A stretch of DNA of 64,000 nt from an uncultured delta proteobacterium (GCA_963770975.1 CAVYRM010000004.1:65622-129621); one strand, 5' to 3'. Shown: positions 47,178 through 56,868, counted from the first letter of the stretch. A program made the numbers and translations. Notes: generated by a model from the letters alone, not told the origin.

Positions 47178-49706
47178 ATGGACAAGGTTCGTGTACGCGA
47201 TCTAGCCAAGGAACTCGGGATGGAGAACAGCAAGGAGATCCTCGTCTTCCTCGAGCGGATCGGCGCCAAGGGAAAGTCGGCGTCCAGCAACCTGGAGGGA
47301 GAGACGATCGACCGCGTAAAGGCCCATTTCAGGAAGCCCCCTCCTCCTCCTCCCCCGCCCCGCACCACCACCCTGACACGCTCCGACGGCGTCATGGAGC
47401 GCCGGTCGCAGAAGGTGATCCTCCGTCGCGGGGCGCCCACGCCGGTCCAGGTCCCCACGGTCCCCGTCGAGGAAACGCCCGTGCCGCCCGCCGCCGCGGA
47501 GGAAGCGGCCCCGGCCCCGGAGGCGATCCCCGCCGCCGAGGCCCCTTCGGCCGAGGTTCCCGCCGTAGAGACGGCGCCGCCCGAGAAGGCGGCGGAACCT
47601 CCTTCCGAGAAGGCCCCCGAGGCTCCCGCGGAGATCCCCGTTCCGGAGACGACCGTCCGGGTCATCGAAAAGCCCGTCACGCCTCCCAAGCCGGAGGATG
47701 TCCGGAAGGAAAAAGAGAAGAAGTGGAAGAAGACCCGGCCCCACGAGAAGAAGGTCCAGAAGGGGGTCCTCAAGCAGACGATCATCCAGGAGGTGCTGGC
47801 GGAGCCGGAGGCCGAGACGAAGAAGGCGGAGGAAGCCGTTCCGGCGCCGGAAGCCGAGGTCGTCGTCCGCCAGTTCCAGCCCGGCAGGGCGGCGAAGAAG
47901 AGAGGCCGGCCCGTCCGCGAGAAGAAGGCCCCCTCGACGCTTCCCCCGAAGGCGAGCAAGCGCCTGTTGAAGATCGAGGAAGTCGTCACCGTGGGCGACC
48001 TGGCGCACCGCATGGGGATCAAGGCCGCCGACGTCATCAAGAAGCTGATCGAGATGGGGATGCCGACCACCGTCAACCAGCTCCTCGACGCCGACACCGC
48101 GGGACTCCTCGCGCAGGAGTACGACTTCCTGGTGGAGAACGTCGCCCCGGAGGTCGAGAGCCTGATCGACCAGGCGGAGGACCGGGCGGAGGACCTTCGC
48201 CCCCGGCCCCCGGTGGTCACCATCATGGGGCACGTCGACCACGGCAAGACCACCCTCCTCGACGCCATCCGGGAGAGCAACGTCACCGGATCGGAAGCGG
48301 GGGGGATCACGCAGCACATCGGCGCATACGAGGTGGAGCACAACGGGCGCCGCCTCGTGATCCTCGACACCCCGGGCCACGAGGCGTTCACCTCGATGCG
48401 AGCCCGCGGCGCCTCCGTGACCGACATCGTCATCCTCGTCGTCGGGGCGGACGACGGCGTGATGCCCCAGACGGTGGAGGCGATCGACCACGCGAAGGCG
48501 GCGGGGGTCCCCATCGTCGTCGCGGTCAACAAGATCGACAAGCCGGGAGCCCAGCCCGACCGGATCCGGCAGCAGCTCTCGGACTACGGCCTCGTCCCCG
48601 AGGCGTGGGGCGGCCAGACGCTCTACAGCAACGTCTCCGCGAAGAAACGGATCGGGATCAACGAGCTCCTCGAAATCGTCCTCCTGCAGGCGGACGTCCT
48701 CGAGCTCAAGGGGAACCCGTCGAAGCTCGCCCGCGGCACCGTCATCGAGTCCCGTCTCGAGAAGGGGCGCGGTCCGGTCGCCACCGTCCTGGTGGGGGAC
48801 GGAACGCTGAAGGTGGGCGATCCGATCGTCACGGGGATCCACTACGGCCGCGTCCGGGCCCTGCTGAACCACAAGGGGAAGCGTCTCGACGAGGCCCCTC
48901 CCGGCACCCCCGTCGAGATCCAGGGGTTGTCCGGTCTTCCGGAGGCCGGGCAGAAATTCGCCGTCCTGAAGGACGAGCGGACGGCGCGCCAGATCGCCCT
49001 CCACCGCGGCGAGAAGGAACGGGAACGCGCCGTCGTCCGCCCCCGGATGAGCCTGGAGGAATTCCACAAGAAGATCGACGAGGGGGTGGTGAAGGACCTG
49101 AACATCGTCGTCAAGTCCGATGTCCAGGGGTCGATGGAAGCCCTCCGGTTCTCGCTCGACAAGCTCGCCGATGTGAAGGTCAAGGTCAACGTGATCCACT
49201 CCGGCGTCGGGGGGATCTCCGAATCCGACGTCATGCTCGCCTCCGCCTCCGCGGCGGTGATCATCGGGTTCAACGTGCGACCCGAGCCGAAGGCGGCCGA
49301 CCTCGCGGAACGGGAGGGGATCGACATCCGGCTCTACTCCGTCATCTACGACGTGGTGGACGACGTCAGGAAGGCGATGGAGGGACTCCTCGAGCCGACG
49401 CTGAAGGAGGTCGTCCTGGGCCGCGCGGAGGTGCGCAACACGTTCCACATCTCGAAGGTCGGCACGGTCGCGGGCTGCAGCGTGCTGTCGGGAAAGATCA
49501 CCCGTCACGCGAACATCCGCCTTCTTCGGGACAGCGTCGTGGTGCACGACGGGAAGCTCGCCTCCCTCAAGCGCTTCAAGGACGATGTCAAGGAGGTCGC
49601 CGAAGGGTACGAGTGCGGCCTCGGGATCGAGGGGTACAACGACATCCAGGTGGGGGACCAGATCGAAGCGTACGTGATCGAGAAGGTCGCCGGAACCCTG
49701 GCGTGA
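47178..49706 (+). CDS. infB: Translation initiation factor IF-2
   Basis: The N-terminus reads [14 protein letters not shown]. The linker is Pro/Ala/Glu-rich and includes P8. The GTPase motifs are [17 protein letters not shown] and NKID. C-terminal IF-2 domains are present. Confidence 0.96.
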   Translation: MDKVRVRDLAKELGMENSKEILVFLERIGAKGKSASSNLEGETIDRVKAHFRKPPPPPPPPRTTTLTRSDGVMERRSQKVILRRGAPTPVQVPTVPVEETPVPPAAAEEAAPAPEAIPAAEAPSAEVPAVETAPPEKAAEPPSEKAPEAPAEIPVPETTVRVIEKPVTPPKPEDVRKEKEKKWKKTRPHEKKVQKGVLKQTIIQEVLAEPEAETKKAEEAVPAPEAEVVVRQFQPGRAAKKRGRPVREKKAPSTLPPKASKRLLKIEEVVTVGDLAHRMGIKAADVIKKLIEMGMPTTVNQLLDADTAGLLAQEYDFLVENVAPEVESLIDQAEDRAEDLRPRPPVVTIMGHVDHGKTTLLDAIRESNVTGSEAGGITQHIGAYEVEHNGRRLVILDTPGHEAFTSMRARGASVTDIVILVVGADDGVMPQTVEAIDHAKAAGVPIVVAVNKIDKPGAQPDRIRQQLSDYGLVPEAWGGQTLYSNVSAKKRIGINELLEIVLLQADVLELKGNPSKLARGTVIESRLEKGRGPVATVLVGDGTLKVGDPIVTGIHYGRVRALLNHKGKRLDEAPPGTPVEIQGLSGLPEAGQKFAVLKDERTARQIALHRGEKERERAVVRPRMSLEEFHKKIDEGVVKDLNIVVKSDVQGSMEALRFSLDKLADVKVKVNVIHSGVGGISESDVMLASASAAVIIGFNVRPEPKAADLAEREGIDIRLYSVIYDVVDDVRKAMEGLLEPTLKEVVLGRAEVRNTFHISKVGTVAGCSVLSGKITRHANIRLLRDSVVVHDGKLASLKRFKDDVKEVAEGYECGLGIEGYNDIQVGDQIEAYVIEKVAGTLA

Positions 49707-49728
49707 CCCCTCCCCCGGGAGGGTTCCC

Positions 49729-50034
49729 TTGCTGGTGGCGGTACTGATCGCCGAGCTCCTTTTCCCGGGGGCGTCGTCCCTCAAGGACAAACGGCGGCGC
49801 CTTTCGGGTCTCGTCGCGCGGATCCGGGCCAACCATCCCGTCTCGGTGGCCGAGACGGGGGGGCAGGATCTCTGGCAGCGGGGGACCGTCGGCGTTGCGC
49901 TCGTCACGACCGACGGGCGGCTCGCACGGTCGATGCTCGACCGGATCGCCGACGGGATCGGGAGGGACGGCGAAATCGAGCTCCTGTCGTCCCGCGTCGA
50001 ATTCTTCCATCCCGAAGGGAGCGAATCGTCATGA
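49729..50034 (+). CDS. DUF503 (YlxP-like) protein
   Basis: TTG start with GGGAGGG upstream. The sequence reads LFPGASSLKDKRRRLSGLVARIR. It occupies the conserved position between infB and rbfA. Confidence 0.75.
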   Translation: MLVAVLIAELLFPGASSLKDKRRRLSGLVARIRANHPVSVAETGGQDLWQRGTVGVALVTTDGRLARSMLDRIADGIGRDGEIELLSSRVEFFHPEGSESS

Positions 50035-50402
50035 AAGGCCGCGGCGACCGCCCCGCTCGCGTCGGGGAGAGGATCCGGGAAGAGATCTCGACCCTCCTCC
50101 TGAACAAGGCGCGGGACCCCGGGCTTTCCAGTATCACCGTCACCGAGGTGTCCGTCACCCCCGACCTTCGGATCGCCCACGTCAACTATTCCGCCCTCGT
50201 CGCCCCGGAAGAGCGCCCGGCCGTGGCCAACGCCCTCCGCCGCTCCTCCGGGTTCCTCCGGCGGGAGCTGGGACATCTCCTCGGCCTGCGGTACGCACCG
50301 GAGCTCATGTTCCATTACGACGATTCGTACGACCGCGGTGCGCGGATCGACGCGATCCTCAAGGGGATCCCGCAGGGGAAGGAGGGGCCGGATGAGGGGT
50401 GA
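50031..50402 (+). CDS. rbfA: Ribosome-binding factor A
   Basis: ATGA overlap with the upstream gene. Diagnostic segments are RVGERIREEISTLL, ITVTEVSVTPDLRIAHV and ELMFHYDDS. Confidence 0.92.
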   Translation: MKGRGDRPARVGERIREEISTLLLNKARDPGLSSITVTEVSVTPDLRIAHVNYSALVAPEERPAVANALRRSSGFLRRELGHLLGLRYAPELMFHYDDSYDRGARIDAILKGIPQGKEGPDEG

Positions 50403-51354
50403 CCTCGCCGCGATCTGCCGGGTCCTGCGGGAGAAGGACCGCTTCCTCATCGCTTGCCATGAGAATCCCGAAGGGGACGCCATCGGGTCCGAGCTGGCCC
50501 TTGCCCTCGCCCTGAGGAAGATGGGAAAGACCGCGACGGTGCTGAACTCGGATCCCGTCCCCGGGAACCTCCTGTTCCTTCCCGGATCGGATACCGTCGT
50601 TTTCGAGGCGGACGGGTCGAACTACGACGTCGCGATCGTGGTCGATTGCGGTTCGCCCGAGAGGACCGGCCGCGTCGCCCCCGAGCTGGAAAAATGCCCC
50701 CTCCTCGTGAACATCGACCACCATCGGACCAACGGGGACCTCGGACCGCTGTCCCTGGTCGACCCGGCCGCCGCCGCCACCGGCCTGCTCGTCCATCACG
50801 TCCTCAAGGAGATGGGATTCGACATCGACCTCGACGTCGCGACGAACCTCTACGTCGCCATCCTCACGGACACCGGGTCGTTCCATTACGGAAGCTCTTC
50901 CCCCGAGTCGTTCGAGGTGGCGGGCGGGATGGTCCGCCTCGGCGTGGACCCCTGGGCGGTGGCGGAACAGGTGTACGAGACCCAGAGCGCCAACCGCCTC
51001 AAGCTGCTCGGCCGCGTGCTCTCGTCCCTCGAGATCGCCGCCGACGGGAAAGTGGCCGCCATCGTCACGAAGCTGGGGGATCTGCGGGAATTCGAGGCGG
51101 GCAAGGACGCCCTCGAGGGATTCATCAACTACCCGCGTTCGATCGTCGGGGTGGAAGTCGCCGTTTCCTACCGCGAGGAGGGGGGGGGCGTCTTCCGCGT
51201 GAGCTTCCGCTCCAAGGGGCGCGTGGACGTTTCCTCCGTCGCCGCCCGGTTCGGCGGGGGCGGGCACCGGAACGCCGCCGGGTGCACCGTCCCGGGGACC
51301 CTCCCCGAAGTGAAACGGAAGATCCTGGAAGCGCTTTCGGCCGTTCTGCCGTGA
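50392..51354 (+). CDS. nrnA: DHH-family phosphoesterase NrnA (oligoribonuclease / pAp phosphatase)
   Basis: Diagnostic segments are IACHENPEGDAIGS, VDCG, NIDHHRTN and the DHHA1 motif GGGGHRNAAG. It overlaps rbfA by 11 nt. Confidence 0.85.
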   Translation: MRGDLAAICRVLREKDRFLIACHENPEGDAIGSELALALALRKMGKTATVLNSDPVPGNLLFLPGSDTVVFEADGSNYDVAIVVDCGSPERTGRVAPELEKCPLLVNIDHHRTNGDLGPLSLVDPAAAATGLLVHHVLKEMGFDIDLDVATNLYVAILTDTGSFHYGSSSPESFEVAGGMVRLGVDPWAVAEQVYETQSANRLKLLGRVLSSLEIAADGKVAAIVTKLGDLREFEAGKDALEGFINYPRSIVGVEVAVSYREEGGGVFRVSFRSKGRVDVSSVAARFGGGGHRNAAGCTVPGTLPEVKRKILEALSAVLP

Positions 51355-52241
51355 CCGCGGGGGTGCTGGTCCTCGACAAGCCCGGGGGAATCACCTCCTT
51401 CCAGGCGGTGCAGGCCGTGGGAAGGATTCTCGGCGAACGGAAGTGCGGGCACTCCGGGACCCTGGACCCGATGGCCACCGGGGTCCTGCCGGTTTGCATG
51501 GGGGCCGCCACGAAGATCGCGGGCTACCTCACGGAAGAGGAGAAGGAGTACGAGGCGGAATTCACGTTCGGCGTCGCCACGGACACCGGGGACGCGACGG
51601 GAAAGCCGGTGGAGGAGCTCCCCGGCGCCTCGGTGCCGGAAGGGGCGTTGGCGGAGGCGGTCGCCGGGCTCGTGGGCACCTTCGACCAGGTGCCGCCTTC
51701 CTACTCCGCGGTGAAGGTGGGGGGAGTGCGCTCCTACGATCTTGCGCGCAAGGGGAAGGAAGTGCCGCTCGCGGCGCGGCGGGTGACGGTTCGCGAGGCG
51801 CGCCTCCTCCAGTGCGGGAGGGACGGGTTCCGGGTGTTCCTCGCCGTCTCGAAAGGGTTCTACGTGCGCTCGCTCCCGCGCGACCTGGGAGGTGTCCTGG
51901 GCGTGCCGATGACCGTCGCCGCGTTGCGGCGGACCCGTGCGGGGGCGTTCCGCATCGACGAGGCGGTGACGCTGGAACGCCTCCGGGAATCGGCCCTCGG
52001 CGGGAACGCGTCGTCCCTGCTCGTTCCGATCGTCAAGGCGCTGGGGCGGCTCCCGCGCTGGGAAGTCCCGGAGCCGGCGATCCCGTCCGTGCGCAACGGG
52101 CGTCTCTCGGGGCCGTGGATGGTCCGTCACATCGCGGCGGCGACGGGGGAACTCGCCTTGCTGGTGACCCCGGATCTGGAACCGTTGGCGATCGTCCGCC
52201 GGGAACGGGACGGATTGTGGAAAATCGCGAGGGGCATCTGA
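51351..52241 (+). CDS. truB: tRNA pseudouridine(55) synthase
   Basis: GTGA overlap with nrnA. Diagnostic segments are GVLVLDKPGGITSF, GHSGTLDPMATGVLPV and QVPPSYSAVKVGG. Confidence 0.93.
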   Translation: MTAGVLVLDKPGGITSFQAVQAVGRILGERKCGHSGTLDPMATGVLPVCMGAATKIAGYLTEEEKEYEAEFTFGVATDTGDATGKPVEELPGASVPEGALAEAVAGLVGTFDQVPPSYSAVKVGGVRSYDLARKGKEVPLAARRVTVREARLLQCGRDGFRVFLAVSKGFYVRSLPRDLGGVLGVPMTVAALRRTRAGAFRIDEAVTLERLRESALGGNASSLLVPIVKALGRLPRWEVPEPAIPSVRNGRLSGPWMVRHIAAATGELALLVTPDLEPLAIVRRERDGLWKIARGI

Positions 52242-52270
52242 TTTACATCCAGAATCGGATATGATATAAA
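52242..52270 (+). promoter_or_regulatory. Sigma70-like promoter for rpsO(-pnp)
   Basis: TTTACA (52242-52247), a 17-nt spacer, then TATAAA (52265-52270). It lies in the most AT-rich stretch of the window, directly after the truB stop. Confidence 0.55.
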
Positions 52271-52330
52271 TCAATTCCTTAATAAAAACGGAATATTCAC
52301 GAGGAGATGAAAGGAGAAAGGCAAACGGTC

Positions 52331-52600
52331 ATGAGCCTGGTCACCGAGAAAAAGAGCGACATCATCGGCAAGTTCCGTGTGCACGACACGGACACCGGTT
52401 CCCCCGAGGTCCAGGTCGCGCTCCTGACGGAGCGGATCAACATGATCACGGACCACCTGAAGACACACTCGAAGGATTTCAGCACCCGGCGGGGCCTGCT
52501 CAAGCTGGTCGGTCAGCGGCGCCGCCTGCTGGATTACCTGAAGGTGAAGGAATCGATGCGGTACAAGGCGCTGGTGGAGACGCTCGGCCTCCGCAAGTAG
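52331..52600 (+). CDS. rpsO: 30S ribosomal protein S15
   Basis: The sequence reads [49 protein letters not shown]. This gives 89 aa from ATG 52331, with AAAGGAGAAAGG upstream. Confidence 0.93.
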   Translation: MSLVTEKKSDIIGKFRVHDTDTGSPEVQVALLTERINMITDHLKTHSKDFSTRRGLLKLVGQRRRLLDYLKVKESMRYKALVETLGLRK

Positions 52601-52663
52601 CCTCGTCACCGCTTCGATAAACTCCGTAAAACACAATCCGCGGCTTCCCACGTGGGGGCTGCT

Positions 52664-54886
52664 ATGAGAAGGGAATACAACACTGTGGGAAACGTGTACG
52701 AAATAGAAGTATCCGGTCGTAATATGTCCATCGAATCGGGCCGTTGGGCCCGCCAGGCCGGCGGGGCCGCGGTCATCCGGTACGGCGAGTCGGTGGTCCT
52801 GGTCACCGCCTGCGTGACCGAGAATCCCCGTCCCGGCATCGACTTCCTGCCGCTGGTCGTGGACTACGTGGAGAAGACGTTCTCGGTCGGAAAGATCCCG
52901 GGCGGCTTCTTCAAGCGGGAGGGGCGGCTCTCGGAATCCGAGGTCCTCACTTCCCGTCTCATCGATCGCCCCATCCGTCCCCTCTTCCCGAAAGGGTTCT
53001 ACAACGAAATCCAGGTGATCGCCACCGTCCTCTCGGCGGACAAGGAAAACGATACCGGGATCCTGGCCATGATCGGCGCCTCGGCGGCGCTCACGATCTC
53101 CGAGATCCCCTTCGCGGGACCGATCGCCGGGGCACGGGTCGGGCGCATCGACGGGGAACTGGTGCTCAATCCCCGCATCCCCGACTACGACCGGAGCGAT
53201 CTCAACATCTTCGTGGCCGGCAGCCGGAACGCGATCCTGATGGTGGAAGGGGAAGCGAACGAAGTCCCCGAGGAGGAGGTGCTCGACGCGATCCTCTTCG
53301 CGCACCGGTCGCTCGTCCCGGTGCTCGACCTCCAGGAGCAAATGGCGCGGGAGATCGGCAAGGAGAAGCGCCCCTTCGAGAAGAAAACGCTCTCCGACGA
53401 GGACCTGCGGAAGATCGCGTCGATCGCGGAAGCCCCCCTCGTGGAGGCCTACGCGATCCGGAAGAAGCAGGACCGCCGGAAGCGGATCGAGGAGGTCTCC
53501 GATTCGGTGCGCTCCGCCTTCACCGACGAGGAAATCGCGGAGAAGGGGGCGCTGATCCCCGACGCCTTCAAGAACCTTGAGAAGAAGCTCGTCCGCGGGA
53601 TGGTCCTGCGGGAGAAGAAGCGGATCGACGGACGCGGGCTGACGGACATCCGGCCCATCTCCTGCGAGGTGGGAGTGCTCCCGCGCACCCACGGTTCCGC
53701 CGTCTTCACCCGCGGCGAGACCCAGGCCCTGGTCACGGCGACCCTCGGCACGTCGCAGGACGAGCAGCGGATCGACTCGATCCTGGGGGACACGACCAAG
53801 GCGTTCATGCTCCATTACAACTTCCCGCCCTTCAGCGTCGGCGAGGTGAAGATGCTCCGCGCCCCGGCGCGCCGGGAGGTCGGCCACGGGGCCCTCGCCG
53901 AGCGGGCCGTGGCGAAGGTGCTCCCGAAGAGCGCCGACTTCCCCTACACCGTCCGGGTGGTATCGGAGGTTCTCGAGTCCAACGGCTCCTCCTCCATGGC
54001 CACGGTCTGCGGGTCGTCCCTCGCGATGATGGACGCCGGCGTTCCCACCACCGGCGCGGTCTCCGGCATCGCGATGGGGCTCATCAAGGAGGGCGACGAC
54101 GTCGCGGTCCTCTCCGACATCCTCGGCGACGAGGACCACCTCGGCGACATGGATTTCAAGGTGGCGGGGTCGAAGAACGGGGTGACCGCCATCCAGATGG
54201 ACATCAAGATCGGCGGCGTCAGCCGGGAGATCATGCTCTCCGCGCTCCGGCAGGCCCGGGAAGGGCGGATCCACATTCTCGAGAGGATGAACGCCTCCCT
54301 CAACGAGCCCAGGCCCGAGCTTTCGCCGTTCGCCCCGAGGATCTACGTGATGATGGTGAAGACCGACAAGATCCGCGAGATCATCGGCCCGGGAGGCAAG
54401 GTCATCCGGGGGATCCAGGAACAGACCGGGGTGAAGATCGACATCGAGGACGACGGGACCGTCAAGATCGCCGCGGTCGACGCCGATTCGGCCCGTGCCG
54501 CCATCTCCATCATCGAGGGGATCACCCAGGAGCCCGAGATCGGGAAGGTCTACGAGGGGAGAGTCCGCAAGATCATGGATTTCGGCGTGTTCGTCGAGAT
54601 CTTCCCCGGGACCGACGGTTTGCTCCACGTCTCCCAGATCTCGAAACACCGGGTCAACGCGGCCGACTGCTTCAAGGAGGGGGACGATGTCAAGGTCCGG
54701 GTCCTCGAGGTGGACCGGGACGGGAAGATCCGGCTCTCCCACAAGGAGTTCGAGGAGGAAGGACGGTTCCCCGAGGCTTCCGGCCCGCCGCCGGGCCAGG
54801 ACCGGGACCGGGACAAGGAGAAGGGGGGGCCCGGCCGGGAACGCGGAAGGGACGGCGGCCGTGGAGGACCGAGGGGTCGCCGGTAG
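52664..54886 (+). CDS. pnp: Polyribonucleotide nucleotidyltransferase (PNPase)
   Basis: It has two RNase PH domains, a KH domain (IIGPGGKVIRGIQE) and an S1 domain (GRVRKIMDFGVFVEI). The tail is RG-rich. The start is ATG 52664, with GTG 52652 as the alternative. Confidence 0.95.
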   Translation: MRREYNTVGNVYEIEVSGRNMSIESGRWARQAGGAAVIRYGESVVLVTACVTENPRPGIDFLPLVVDYVEKTFSVGKIPGGFFKREGRLSESEVLTSRLIDRPIRPLFPKGFYNEIQVIATVLSADKENDTGILAMIGASAALTISEIPFAGPIAGARVGRIDGELVLNPRIPDYDRSDLNIFVAGSRNAILMVEGEANEVPEEEVLDAILFAHRSLVPVLDLQEQMAREIGKEKRPFEKKTLSDEDLRKIASIAEAPLVEAYAIRKKQDRRKRIEEVSDSVRSAFTDEEIAEKGALIPDAFKNLEKKLVRGMVLREKKRIDGRGLTDIRPISCEVGVLPRTHGSAVFTRGETQALVTATLGTSQDEQRIDSILGDTTKAFMLHYNFPPFSVGEVKMLRAPARREVGHGALAERAVAKVLPKSADFPYTVRVVSEVLESNGSSSMATVCGSSLAMMDAGVPTTGAVSGIAMGLIKEGDDVAVLSDILGDEDHLGDMDFKVAGSKNGVTAIQMDIKIGGVSREIMLSALRQAREGRIHILERMNASLNEPRPELSPFAPRIYVMMVKTDKIREIIGPGGKVIRGIQEQTGVKIDIEDDGTVKIAAVDADSARAAISIIEGITQEPEIGKVYEGRVRKIMDFGVFVEIFPGTDGLLHVSQISKHRVNAADCFKEGDDVKVRVLEVDRDGKIRLSHKEFEEEGRFPEASGPPPGQDRDRDKEKGGPGRERGRDGGRGGPRGRR

Positions 54887-54899
54887 AAGGCCGGCGTCG

Positions 54900-56144
54900 A
54901 TGACGGTCGCCCGCACCCTCCTCGACAACGGCATCGCGATCGTCAGCGAGCAGGTCCCCTGGCTGCGATCCGCCACGGTGGGGATATGGGTCCCGGTGGG
55001 GTCGCGGGCGGAAACGCCGGCCGACAGCGGCATCGCCCACTTCATCGAGCACATGCTCTTCAAGGGCACGCCGCGCCGACGCGCCGTGGACATCTCCCGC
55101 GCCATCGAATCGGTGGGCGGCGCGATGAACGCCTACACCACCCGGGAGTACACGTACTTCTTCGCCAAGGCCATGGAGAAGGACTTTCCGCTTCTCGTGG
55201 ATCTGCTCACGGACGTTTATCTCCATTCTCTCTTCGACGAGGCCGAGCTGGACCGCGAGAAGGGGGTCATCCTGCAGGAAATCCTCATGGTGGACGACAC
55301 CCCCGAGGAGTACCTGAGCGACTACTTCAACGCGGCCTATTGGGGAGGGCACCCCCTCGGGTTCCCCGTGCAGGGGACCTCGGAGAGCGTCGGGCGGTTC
55401 GACCGCGGCCGGATCAAGGAGTATTTCGACGACCGGTTCCGGAGGCGCGGCATCGTGGTGACGGAGGTGGGAAACCTCCGGCACGAGGTGGTGGCGGAGG
55501 CGTTCGAGCGGGCCTTCTCCGGCTTTCCCCTGGGAGAGCCGCTGGCCCCGGTTCCCCCCACGCCGCCCGTGCACGGGACGTTCCTGAAACGCAGGCCCTT
55601 CGAGCAGGTGCACCTTTGCATCGGGGCGCCCGGGGTCTCCCGGCGCAACGACAAGGTCTACGCGATGGACGTGTTGAACGCGATCCTCGGGGGAAGCTCC
55701 AGCAGCCACCTCTTCCAGCAGGTGCGGGAGGAGCGCGGCCTGGCGTATTCCGTCGGCTCGTCCCTCTCCGCCTACGCGGACGCGGGCGTCCTCGATATCT
55801 ATGCCGGCACGGGGCGGGATCAGGCCCAGGAGGTCCTCTCGGTCGCCGGCGGCGTGGTAGACGCCCTCCAAGGGGGAGGGGTCACGGACGAGGAGGTCGC
55901 GTTCGGCAAGGAGCTCATCAAGGGGAACACCCTGCTCTCGCTGGAAAGCACCGGGTACCGGATGTCCTTCCTCGCGATGAACGAGATGTTCCTCTCGCGC
56001 CTCGAGCCCCCCGAGGCGATGCTCGACCGCGTGGACGCGGTGAAGCCGGACGAAGTGCGCTCCCTCGCGGCGGAACTGTTCCGCCGGGACCGGTTCACGC
56101 TGGCGGCCGTCGGGGACCTGCCCGACGCGCCGCTCTCTTTCTAG
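54900..56144 (+). CDS. M16-family zinc metallopeptidase (insulinase/pitrilysin-like)
   Basis: The inverted zinc motif is HFIEH, followed by a downstream E (REKGVILQE). This gives 414 aa from ATG 54900. Confidence 0.85.
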   Translation: MTVARTLLDNGIAIVSEQVPWLRSATVGIWVPVGSRAETPADSGIAHFIEHMLFKGTPRRRAVDISRAIESVGGAMNAYTTREYTYFFAKAMEKDFPLLVDLLTDVYLHSLFDEAELDREKGVILQEILMVDDTPEEYLSDYFNAAYWGGHPLGFPVQGTSESVGRFDRGRIKEYFDDRFRRRGIVVTEVGNLRHEVVAEAFERAFSGFPLGEPLAPVPPTPPVHGTFLKRRPFEQVHLCIGAPGVSRRNDKVYAMDVLNAILGGSSSSHLFQQVREERGLAYSVGSSLSAYADAGVLDIYAGTGRDQAQEVLSVAGGVVDALQGGGVTDEEVAFGKELIKGNTLLSLESTGYRMSFLAMNEMFLSRLEPPEAMLDRVDAVKPDEVRSLAAELFRRDRFTLAAVGDLPDAPLSF

Positions 56145-56147
56145 GCG

Positions 56148-56597
56148 ATGGACGGCGAGTGCGGGATCCGCGTCCTGCTCCTGCGCGGAGACGAGAAGCA
56201 GCTCCCGGCCTACCAGACGGCCGGTTCGGCCGGGATGGACCTCAAGGCCGAAGTCGACGGGGAAGTCGTCATCCCGCCGATGGGGAGGGCGAAGATCCCC
56301 ACGGGGATCGCCCTGTCGATCCCGCCGGGAGTGGAGGGGCAGGTCCGTCCCCGCAGCGGGTTGGCGATGCGTCACGGCGTGACGTGCCTCAACTCCCCGG
56401 GGACCATCGACTCGGATTACCGCGGGGAGGTGTGCGTGATCCTCGCGAACTTCGGGCAGGACCCGTTCCACGTGCGCCGGGGGGACCGGATCGCCCAGAT
56501 CGTCTTCTCCCGCGCGCTCCGGGCGCGCCTCGAGGTCGTGTCGGACCTCGGGGAGACCCCGCGGGGGGACGGCGGCTTCGGCCATACAGGGAGATAA
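56148..56597 (+). CDS. dut: dUTP diphosphatase
   Basis: Diagnostic segments are [26 protein letters not shown] and GFGHTG. Confidence 0.93.
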   Translation: MDGECGIRVLLLRGDEKQLPAYQTAGSAGMDLKAEVDGEVVIPPMGRAKIPTGIALSIPPGVEGQVRPRSGLAMRHGVTCLNSPGTIDSDYRGEVCVILANFGQDPFHVRRGDRIAQIVFSRALRARLEVVSDLGETPRGDGGFGHTGR

Positions 56598-56688
56598 TCC
56601 GGGCCGGTGATAATGTGCTTTCCCGGAGGACGTGAACGGAACGGTCGATACAATCGCTTTGATGCTGATGCAGCGGGGTACTGACGCA

Positions 56689-56809
56689 GGGGGCCTTCCC
56701 CTGAGCGGGCGTCTGAAGCGAGTGGAGCCAGGGACGGCGGGAACGAGCGGAGGCGCAGCGAGGGCGGCCAGGGACGGCCGCTGAGCGGTAGCGAAGGGGA
56801 ACGGCCCCC
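56689..56809 (+). repeat. 121-nt structured intergenic element, copy B (dut-purB spacer)
   Basis: Closing helix 56689-56702 / 56795-56809 with bulged C56802. Box GAGCGGGCGTCTG at 56703-56715. AGGGAC motifs at 56730-56735 and 56770-56775. Hairpin GGCGGCC-AGGGAC-GGCCGCT at 56763-56782. Box GAGCGGTAGCGA at 56783-56794. Confidence 0.6.
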
Positions 56810-56868
56810 GAGGAAGAGGGGCCCCGCTGCGAAACAGGTAGAGCGATCCGGAGACCGGGGGTGACGAC

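Noticed and set aside
47330-47360. The poly-proline tract (PPPPPPPP) and other low-complexity Ala/Pro/Glu regions in IF-2, the NusA tail, the SpoIID linker and the PNPase RG tail, considered as insertions of foreign or repeat DNA.
   Set aside because: Such linkers are common in these proteins in GC-rich bacteria. The reading frames are continuous and the flanking domains are intact.
56598-56868. A known purine-pathway riboswitch (purine, ZTP/pfl, PRPP/ppGpp ykkC-subtype-2) upstream of purB.
   Set aside because: I could not find the diagnostic cores as I remember them. These are the ZTP 3' CCGCCUGGGC-type segment, the purine-riboswitch U-rich junction/loop-loop pattern, and the ykkC-type GGGA...ACGR elements. 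In addition, the same element recurs at a locus with no downstream gene (22417-22537). A cmscan is still needed to be certain.
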